A stretch of DNA of 64,000 nt from an uncultured delta proteobacterium (GTDB lineage Bacteria; Desulfobacterota; Desulfuromonadia; Geobacterales; DSM-12255), in NCBI GenBank assembly GCA_963787125.1, contig CAWBBV010000007.1:128001-192000 (forward strand), given 5' to 3'. Positions 57,171-64,000 of this stretch are shown here, one piece after another (the first letter of the stretch is position 1; each line of letters begins with the position of its first letter). Made by a program: the position numbers and the translations under genes. Below the pieces are notes generated by a model, which made no database searches, was not told the DNA's origin, and saw only the letters and a program-made list of their open reading frames with translations.

Positions 57171-57404
57171 ATGGCTGTACATAAAACGCGGTTAACTTAT
57201 AATGATGTAGTCGCAACCTTGCCAACCTTGGCGCCTGACGAACAATTAAATTTGCTTGAGCTTTTGTCGTCTGTTTTGAAGAAGGCGATGCAACCCAGAG
57301 TGAAGCGGCATACTCTCCTTGAACTTGAGGGTTTGGGAGCTGATATGTGGTCAAAAGTGAATGTTGTGGATTATGTCCGTCAGGAACGTGACTCATGGAA
57401 TTAA
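57171..57404 (+). CDS. putative antitoxin of the PIN-domain pair
   Basis: 77 aa, L..DEQL.LLE.L, HTLLELEGLG..W..YVRQERDSW; AGGAG RBS; overlaps the PIN gene. Confidence 0.75.
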   Translation: MAVHKTRLTYNDVVATLPTLAPDEQLNLLELLSSVLKKAMQPRVKRHTLLELEGLGADMWSKVNVVDYVRQERDSWN

Positions 57405-57868
57405 GCAAGCTGTTGCGGGGAAAGATCATTTTTCTTGATACAGCGCCGTTGATTTACTTCATCGAAAAAAACATCCGCTACATTGAGGTCGTAAAGCCGA
57501 TAATTGCACTTATCGATTCCCAGCAAGCAAAAGGAATGACCTCAACTATTACTTTGCTGGAGGTATTAGTCCTTCCTCTGCGTGAGGGAAACAAAAAGCT
57601 TGCTGATAAATACAAAACCATACTGCTTTCATCAAGTGATCTTGAAACTTGCGAGATTTCTAACGCTATTTCTGAGCGAGCTGCTGTTATTCGAGCAAAA
57701 TACGGATTCAAGACGCCAGACTCTATCCAACTTGCAACGGCAATCTTTCGCAAGGCAGATTATTTCCTGACCAATGATACTGCTTTGAAACAGTTAAAGG
57801 AAATCAAGGTCATCGTCCTTGAAGATTATCTGGCAAGCAACCTCTCCAGACCCTCCCGAAAAGAGTAA
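57395..57868 (+). CDS. VapC / PIN-domain toxin
   Basis: IFLDTAPLIYFIE, STITLLEVLV.P, KTPDSIQLATA, FLTND. Confidence 0.9.
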   Translation: MELSKLLRGKIIFLDTAPLIYFIEKNIRYIEVVKPIIALIDSQQAKGMTSTITLLEVLVLPLREGNKKLADKYKTILLSSSDLETCEISNAISERAAVIRAKYGFKTPDSIQLATAIFRKADYFLTNDTALKQLKEIKVIVLEDYLASNLSRPSRKE

Positions 57869-58218
57869 ATATTCATCCACAAATACAGTATAAAAATTGC
57901 GCCGGTCAGATTGCACATTTATTCACTTATTGAGACAAATGCCCCCCCCGCGTCAAGCGATCCCCACAGTATTCATTCCAAGAACACCTGCACCTGTCTG
58001 TCCCCGATTTCAATCATGAACTCGCGACATAGCTTCCTCGCTGAATCTTATGGTTGAGGATAGTCATATAGTCATGACAATGATTCTGTAAAGACATTCA
58101 ACAGTTTTTTGGGTAAGGTAGAGAGCTTGATTCTGCTTGTTGATAAGTGCCGCAGCAGAGGCGAACATTTTCCCCCGTGAAGATTTCTAATAAACGCATT
58201 CAGTTCCAGGAGGGTTTA

Positions 58219-59874
58219 ATGGGAGAGTTGGTGAAAGCGGGATCGCTCGGGTCTATCCTTTTGAATTCACAGATAATTACCGAGGAACATATTGCTGCAG
58301 CTCTTGCGGAACAGCAGCGCGGCAGCTGCCGGTTTGGCGAGGCGCTTGTAAGATTGGGCGTCGTTGCACAGGAGGATATCGATTGGGCGCTTTCCAATCA
58401 GCTCAATATCCCCTATGTAAGGCTGAAGCGGGAGCTGATTGACCCTGCTGCAGTTGAGCTGCTCCCCGGGAATATCTGCCGCCGTTATGGAATCATGCCG
58501 ATTATCTGTTGCGGTAATGAACTTTCCGTTGCCATGACCGATCCGTTGAATCAAGAAGCCATCAACGCCATAGAGGAGCTCACCGGCTGTACTGTTTCCG
58601 TTTCTGTTGCCCTGATCAGAGAGTTGCGGGAGATGCAGGCCTTTTTTTACGGGCCGCTGGAAGACGGCGAATCGCTGGAATTCTGTTCGGAACTTTTCCC
58701 TGAAGCTGCCAGGGTCAATATCAATGCAGATCTCACCGGCGCAAAGCTGATTGATTACCTGCTTGGCTATATGGTGCAGCAGAATCTTGCCGCGCTGTCA
58801 TTGCAGCCGGTGGGAGTAGTCTGCCGAATCATGGCCAGAAAGAAAAAGGGGGGGCGCGAGGTAGGATCATTTCCGCTGGATCGACTCCCACCGATACAAC
58901 AGCGCCTGCGGCGCATGGCAGGGGTGGACGGGTCGGTCAGATCAGGCAGCGGCACGCTCTCCTGCCACTATCGGGGGACGGAGTTGGCAACCCAGGCTCT
59001 TTTCCTCGCCGTGGCCGGCGGAGATATGATCACCATCCGCCGCCAGGTGTTGGCAACTTTTCCTGCCACCATCGATGATTTTATCACCAGCGATGAAGAC
59101 AGGCGTTTGCTGCGCGAGTTAATATCACTTGATCGCGGCATCGTTCTTTGTGCTGCCAGCGATACGATTGATCGCGACCGGCTGATAGATCTTTATCTTG
59201 ATGAGCACGGGTCCAAGGGGCAGGGGGTGATGCTCTTTGGAGCGGGGATTGGCAGGGGACGGCTCCAGTTTCCACGGATCGAAGGAAAAGATCTGCCGTC
59301 GAGCGACTTCTCCTCGCTTTTGGCGACAATTCTGGAACACGATCCGGACGTCATTGCCATTGAAGATGCTGGTGATGAGCAGCTGATGCTGGGAGCAGGC
59401 AAAGCCGCTCTCAGAGGGAAACTGGTGGTGGCAGGAGTCCCGGGCAGCGACCTTGCGACCCTGTTTGACTACCTTGGTCATCTTTGGCGGCAGCACCACT
59501 TTATACCCGATTATCTGTCAGGGATCATTACCTGTCGCGGAGTTTTGCTGCTCTGCCCCGATTGTCGGGAACAGTACACCCCTTCTGCTGAAGAGATGAT
59601 TGCCATGGGTTTGGCTAAGTTGCCGCAGGAGTTTTTTAAAGCAACCGGCTGCAGTGCGTGCGGTCATACCGGATTTGCCGCCAGGAAATATCTGCTGGAG
59701 GTTATCCCTTTGTCCGCCGATATCCTCGACTGTCTGGAAAGAGCTCGTGATGGCCGGGAGATGGTACAGTTTCTGAATGACAGGGGGCTCAGGGATGTCC
59801 GCACGATGGGACTTGCTCTCCTTGATTCCGGCGAGATATCGCCGCCCGAGTTCATTTCGTCACTGGTTCTCTGA
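58219..59874 (+). CDS. PilB/GspE-family protein with an MshEN domain and a degenerate ATPase site
   Basis: ATG at 58219 after GGAGGG; SLGSILL..I..ALAEQ..RFGEALV.LG; AMTDPLN; Walker A replaced by CAASDTIDRD; HDPDVIAIED; CPDC..CSAC retained. Confidence 0.82.
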   Translation: MGELVKAGSLGSILLNSQIITEEHIAAALAEQQRGSCRFGEALVRLGVVAQEDIDWALSNQLNIPYVRLKRELIDPAAVELLPGNICRRYGIMPIICCGNELSVAMTDPLNQEAINAIEELTGCTVSVSVALIRELREMQAFFYGPLEDGESLEFCSELFPEAARVNINADLTGAKLIDYLLGYMVQQNLAALSLQPVGVVCRIMARKKKGGREVGSFPLDRLPPIQQRLRRMAGVDGSVRSGSGTLSCHYRGTELATQALFLAVAGGDMITIRRQVLATFPATIDDFITSDEDRRLLRELISLDRGIVLCAASDTIDRDRLIDLYLDEHGSKGQGVMLFGAGIGRGRLQFPRIEGKDLPSSDFSSLLATILEHDPDVIAIEDAGDEQLMLGAGKAALRGKLVVAGVPGSDLATLFDYLGHLWRQHHFIPDYLSGIITCRGVLLLCPDCREQYTPSAEEMIAMGLAKLPQEFFKATGCSACGHTGFAARKYLLEVIPLSADILDCLERARDGREMVQFLNDRGLRDVRTMGLALLDSGEISPPEFISSLVL

Positions 59875-59903
59875 TAATAACTACGACTGGAGATCTTATT
59901 CAT

Positions 59904-60986
59904 ATGGCAAAAATAGACGCGCTTTTCAAAATGCTGCAGGAACAGGGGGCTTCCGACCTGCATCTTTCCTCAGGCAACCCTCCGATATTCCGCCTTCATG
60001 GCGAGATAGTCAGGCTTAACTTCAAGTCGCTGACCAACGAGGATTTGAAAAGCATCCTCTTTGAAATTCTTACCGAACCGCAAAGAGCTCAGTTCGAAGA
60101 AAAGAAAGATCTTGATTTTGCTTATGCCGTGCCGGGTCTGGCACGGTTTCGCGGCAATTACATGATGCAACATCGCGGTATCGCTGCAGTCTTCAGGATA
60201 ATACCGTCAAAAATACTTTCTGCCGACGATCTCCATCTGCCTGAAGGTGTCAGGAGCATGACCCGATTCAAAAAGGGGATGGTGCTGGTTACCGGACCGA
60301 CCGGTTCGGGGAAGTCCACAACTCTGGCTGCAATGATCGACCTGATTAATTCAACCCGCAAGGAGCATATCCTGACGCTGGAGGATCCGCTGGAGTTCAT
60401 TCATGAAAACAAGCTGTCTTTGATGAACCAGCGGCAGATCGGTGAACATACCGCCAGTTTCACTTCAGCTCTGCGAGCAGCCTTGCGGGAGGATCCGGAT
60501 ATCATTCTCGTCGGTGAAATGAGGGATCTGGAAACTATCCAGCTTGCCATGAGTGCTGCTGAAACCGGGCATCTTGTCTTCGGCACCCTGCACACCAATA
60601 CGGCGGCCAAAACCATCGACCGGATTATTGATGTTTTTCCTCCCGACCAGCAGGTGCAGATTCGGGCGATGCTGTCAGAATCACTAAAAGGGGTTGTCTG
60701 TCAGCAACTACTCCGCACGGCCGATGGCAAAGGCAGAGTTGCTGCTCTGGAGATCATGCTGGGAACATCGGCAATCAGTAATCTCATCAGGGAGGGAAAG
60801 ACTTTTCAGATAGCATCCATCATCCAGACTGCCAAAAAGGACGGCATGCAGCTCATGGATCAGCATCTGCTCGATCTTCTCAAGTCAAAGAAAATCAGTG
60901 CTGAAGAGGCCTATCGCTGCGCCATCGACAAAAAACAGTTTGAACAGTACCTGCCGAATCAAGCTCCCGGTCAGATGCAGATGTGA
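59904..60986 (+). CDS. pilT: type IV pilus retraction ATPase PilT
   Basis: ASDLHL, VTGPTGSGKSTTLAAMID, TLEDPLEF, LREDPDIILVGEMRD, AETGHLVFGTLHT, ISNLIREGK. Confidence 0.94.
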   Translation: MAKIDALFKMLQEQGASDLHLSSGNPPIFRLHGEIVRLNFKSLTNEDLKSILFEILTEPQRAQFEEKKDLDFAYAVPGLARFRGNYMMQHRGIAAVFRIIPSKILSADDLHLPEGVRSMTRFKKGMVLVTGPTGSGKSTTLAAMIDLINSTRKEHILTLEDPLEFIHENKLSLMNQRQIGEHTASFTSALRAALREDPDIILVGEMRDLETIQLAMSAAETGHLVFGTLHTNTAAKTIDRIIDVFPPDQQVQIRAMLSESLKGVVCQQLLRTADGKGRVAALEIMLGTSAISNLIREGKTFQIASIIQTAKKDGMQLMDQHLLDLLKSKKISAEEAYRCAIDKKQFEQYLPNQAPGQMQM

Positions 60987-61005
60987 TAAGGGACTTGGAA
61001 TTTAG

Positions 61006-61758
61006 TTAATGCCGATGGCAGATGAGGTGCTGAGCGTGTTCGCCAAAAAATGCCGTCATCTCGTCTGAATGGCAGAAGTCATCGAAGTTGCCGTCAAAGA
61101 TGATCTTCTTGTCAATATAAAGGAAACGGCTGGCGTATTTGCCGATGCTCCAGGTGTCGTGGGTAACAAGGATGACAGTTGTCCCTGCATCCCTGTTGAC
61201 CCCCTCGACCAGTGAGTAGAAATGCTCTCTGGTTTCAGGATCCAGCGCTGTTGTCGGCTCGTCAAGGATCAGGATGTCTGGCCGGTTTACCATTGCCCGG
61301 GCAAGGAGCACCCGCTGCTGCTGGCCGCCGGAGAGATCGCCGATAAGTCTTTTTTTGAGGTGCGCAATACCCATCATCTCCAAAGCCACCTCAATTGAAG
61401 CCCGGCAATTAAGTGGGGAATCTGGTTTTCTTGCCCCTTCTGTCATGAGCCCGAGTTTTACTATCTCTTCGACAGTGCCCGGAAAGTTTGGATTGAAAAG
61501 TTTTATCCTTTGCGGCAGATAGCCGAGCCTGTGCCACTCTGCGAAGGAGCTCAGGGGGGAGCCGAAAAGGGAGATTGCACCGGCGTCAGAGCCCATCAAT
61601 CCGAGAATGGCTCTGATGAGGGTGCTTTTGCCAGAGCCGTTGGGTCCGACAATGCCGATATAATCTCCTGCCGCTACGTTAAAAGAGATGTTGCTCAGCA
61701 CCTCCATGCCGTTATAGCTACAGTTCAGATCGTTTATCTCAAGTATTCCTAGCGACAC
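61006..61758 (-). CDS. znuC: Zn/Mn ABC transporter ATP-binding protein
   Basis: GPNGSGKST, GYLPQ, LSGGQQQRVLLARA, ILDEPT, VTHD; His-rich C-terminus. Confidence 0.9.
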   Translation of the reverse strand: MSLGILEINDLNCSYNGMEVLSNISFNVAAGDYIGIVGPNGSGKSTLIRAILGLMGSDAGAISLFGSPLSSFAEWHRLGYLPQRIKLFNPNFPGTVEEIVKLGLMTEGARKPDSPLNCRASIEVALEMMGIAHLKKRLIGDLSGGQQQRVLLARAMVNRPDILILDEPTTALDPETREHFYSLVEGVNRDAGTTVILVTHDTWSIGKYASRFLYIDKKIIFDGNFDDFCHSDEMTAFFGEHAQHLICHRH

Positions 61759-62705
61759 TCAAGCCCCTTTTTCAATGCGGCCAGATTCTTTTCCATCAGG
61801 CCGATATAGGTTGCCCCACTGTCAAACTCCTGCTTTTCCAGGTTGTGAAGGCCGTGAAGTTTTATTAGTGATGCTCCTGTCTCTGCGGCAACACTCCTGG
61901 CAACCGCCGGAGAGAGCAGCTCTTCGTAAAAGACGCTTTTAAGTTTATGTTTGCGGATAGTGTCGATAAGTTCCACCATCTTGCGAGGTGACGGCTCACT
62001 GTCTGCGGAAACTCCATAAGCAGAGAGATAGTTGAGGTTGTAGCGCTCGGCAAGATAGGCAAACGCGTAATGCCCGCCATGAATGAACTCTTTTGTGGTG
62101 CAATTGGTCAGCTCAGAGCGGAAGCGGTTATCCAGGGCTTGGAGCCGCTCTTTATAGGCAGCAGCATTTGCCATGAACAGCTCTTTTTTTGCAGGAGACT
62201 GGCTGGCAAGGGCTTCGGCTATATTGTCGACCATTAACCCGGCGTTGACCAGGTCAAGCCAAATATGCGGGTCACGGGAGCCCTCCTGATGTTTGTCGCC
62301 ATGGTGCTCGTCGATTGTGGCTGACGCTGTGCCTATGTAGCGGGCTCCTGCTCCTGCTTCGACCTTCAGCGGTTTATTGTTGCGGGTTACACTACTGACG
62401 AGTTTTTCGGCCCAAGGCTCCATCTCACGGTTTGTGTAGATGAAAATGTCAGCTTTGGCGACAGTCATAATTTCTTCGGGTCTCGGTTCAAAGTTGTGGG
62501 GCTCAACTCCTGGCGGAAGCAGCAGGGAGATCTGGACATTTTCACCGCCGACTGTCCTGGCAAAGTCGTAAAGCGGAAAAAGGGTCGTCACGATCTTCAG
62601 CTTGTCTGAAACGTTGCTCTGCTTCGGTTTTGAGCAGGCGGGCAGCAACGTGAGGATCATTGTGATTATCAGTAGTCTGCAGTATAAAGTTTTGATAAAG
62701 TTCAA
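61749..62705 (-). CDS. znuA: Zn/Mn ABC transporter substrate-binding lipoprotein
   Basis: Lipobox LPA-C; TTLFPLYDF, PPGVEPHNFEP, His loop, DPHIWLD, HYAFAYLA, EPSP. Confidence 0.9.
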   Translation of the reverse strand: MNFIKTLYCRLLIITMILTLLPACSKPKQSNVSDKLKIVTTLFPLYDFARTVGGENVQISLLLPPGVEPHNFEPRPEEIMTVAKADIFIYTNREMEPWAEKLVSSVTRNNKPLKVEAGAGARYIGTASATIDEHHGDKHQEGSRDPHIWLDLVNAGLMVDNIAEALASQSPAKKELFMANAAAYKERLQALDNRFRSELTNCTTKEFIHGGHYAFAYLAERYNLNYLSAYGVSADSEPSPRKMVELIDTIRKHKLKSVFYEELLSPAVARSVAAETGASLIKLHGLHNLEKQEFDSGATYIGLMEKNLAALKKGLECR

Positions 62706-62892
62706 GTCGGACGCCTCGGATTTAAAGTATTGCCTGCTGTTAAAATAGCGGTGAAACGGCTCAAGTCAAGGGAAAAGACCTGCTTAAAGTCAATCCGCCC
62801 GGGAATTATCAAAGCGATTGTCTTAACAGTATGGAAATCTTTCAGAATTAATATATAATGCCTCATTCAATGTATGGCCAGAAGGAGAGACA

Positions 62893-64000
62893 ATGTTACG
62901 GAGTCTACGTGCCGGCGCGAGCCTGATGCGCTATTTTCAGATTTTATCGCTGCTGTTTGCAGTCGGAGGCAGCATTTATGCCGGAATATTCATGCAGAGT
63001 GACGTTGCTCCCGAGGTGCAAGGCTTTGTCCGGATAGTGCTGGTAATGTTCTTCCTGATTGCGTTGATGCTGGCCGCCTCAATCTGGATGCTTTCCAGAA
63101 GAAATCTTGCCAGGCGGATAAAAAGTCTTTCCAAAACTCTCGATCTGGTGACTGCCGGAGATTTGACTGCCAGGGTAATTACCAAGTCCGTTGATGAGAT
63201 GGATCATCTAAGCGAAAACCTGAACACCATGCTTGATAAATTTGAAGCTCTTATCATCAATATAAACGTCATCTCAACCGAATTGACAAATATCTCGCAG
63301 CAGAACAGTGAGGCAGTCGGACGGGTGCTTACTGCGGCACATATTCAGTCGGACGGCGTTGAAAAGACCTCTTTGGCCGTAAATGGCATAATCGGCTCCG
63401 TTGACATGGTGAGCGCCGGAGTCGTCAATCTTACCGGCTCGGCGGAGATAAACAGTGCGTCAATCACCGAGATTTCCGGAAGTATCGCTAACGTGCAAAA
63501 AAATGTCATGATTCAGAGCGAATCGATTGATGAAGTCTCTTCTTCCATTGTGGAGATGGCCGCTGTTATGGAGCAGATCGGTGCAAACGTCAGGAGCCTG
63601 ATGGAAGCGTCTGCCAGCACCACCTCTTCCGTTGCCGAGATGGATGCTTCTAATAAACAGGTTGAGGAGAATGCGCGCGAGACGGCTGCCATTTCAGGGG
63701 AGGTACTGAAGGACGCAGAGCAGGGAAGGGCGGCGGTAGAGGCGACGATTGCCGGCATTAACGAAATCCGTAACTCTTCGGGAAGAACCTTTTCCTCCAT
63801 AAACGCACTTTCTGAAAGGGTTGCGGCCATCGGTAGCATTCTTTCTGTTATTGATGATATAGCTGAACAGACTAATCTGCTGGCGCTGAATTCAGCCATC
63901 ATAGCTGCCCAGGCTGGTGAACATGGCAGAGGCTTTGCCATTGTGGCAGGAGAGATCAAGGGTCTTGCAACCAGGACGAGGCAGTCGACGATGGAAATCT
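62893..64000 (+). CDS. methyl-accepting chemotaxis protein (runs off the window's right edge)
   Basis: Not in the ORF track. ATG at 62893 after AAGGAG; two TM helices, a HAMP domain (GDLT..DEM..L), a long coiled coil and the hairpin tip [38 protein letters not shown]. Confidence 0.92.
   Translation, partial: MLRSLRAGASLMRYFQILSLLFAVGGSIYAGIFMQSDVAPEVQGFVRIVLVMFFLIALMLAASIWMLSRRNLARRIKSLSKTLDLVTAGDLTARVITKSVDEMDHLSENLNTMLDKFEALIININVISTELTNISQQNSEAVGRVLTAAHIQSDGVEKTSLAVNGIIGSVDMVSAGVVNLTGSAEINSASITEISGSIANVQKNVMIQSESIDEVSSSIVEMAAVMEQIGANVRSLMEASASTTSSVAEMDASNKQVEENARETAAISGEVLKDAEQGRAAVEATIAGINEIRNSSGRTFSSINALSERVAAIGSILSVIDDIAEQTNLLALNSAIIAAQAGEHGRGFAIVAGEIKGLATRTRQSTMEI

Noticed and set aside
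62706..62892. Zur/Fur box upstream of znuA
   Set aside because: No convincing palindrome seen.

Overview
A 64-kb chromosomal segment whose gene set and order suggest a Geobacteraceae / Desulfuromonadia deltaproteobacterium (inference; no database search was run). From left to right: (1) the 5' part of hflX, which has no canonical start codon and probably starts at ATA. (2) A 27.5-kb surface-glycan cluster (1229-28738) with three GT-C-type membrane transferases (TMTC-like + TPR, a 1244-aa protein, YfhO-like), polyprenol-phosphate GT2s, a flippase, gmd, a CDP-glucose to C-methyl-6-deoxyhexose pathway, a B12 radical SAM enzyme and a MarR-type regulator with a visible operator pair. (3) proC, then a polyamine operon (CASDH-nspC-speA) followed by a fourth GT-C and ybaK. 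(4) sucAB and a Hcy methyltransferase/MTHFR fusion. (5) A ~13-kb accessory island with a Sec-exported Ig-repeat RHS polymorphic toxin that ends in a restriction-endonuclease-fold tip. The toxin is translationally coupled to a small gene that looks like a catalytically dead paralogue of the same tip, then to an Imm70-like gene, a lipoprotein and a surface protein. The signal peptide of that surface protein is hit by a frameshifting IS with an 8-bp TSD, and the IS end supplies a new in-frame ATG. (6) A znuACB operon split by two toxin-antitoxin pairs and a degenerate-PilB/PilT pair. (7) The start of a methyl-accepting chemotaxis protein. No rRNA, tRNA or CRISPR array was seen. The best candidate for an undescribed system is the toxin / pseudo-toxin / immunity triad at 47079-48239. 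All family assignments come from motifs read by eye.
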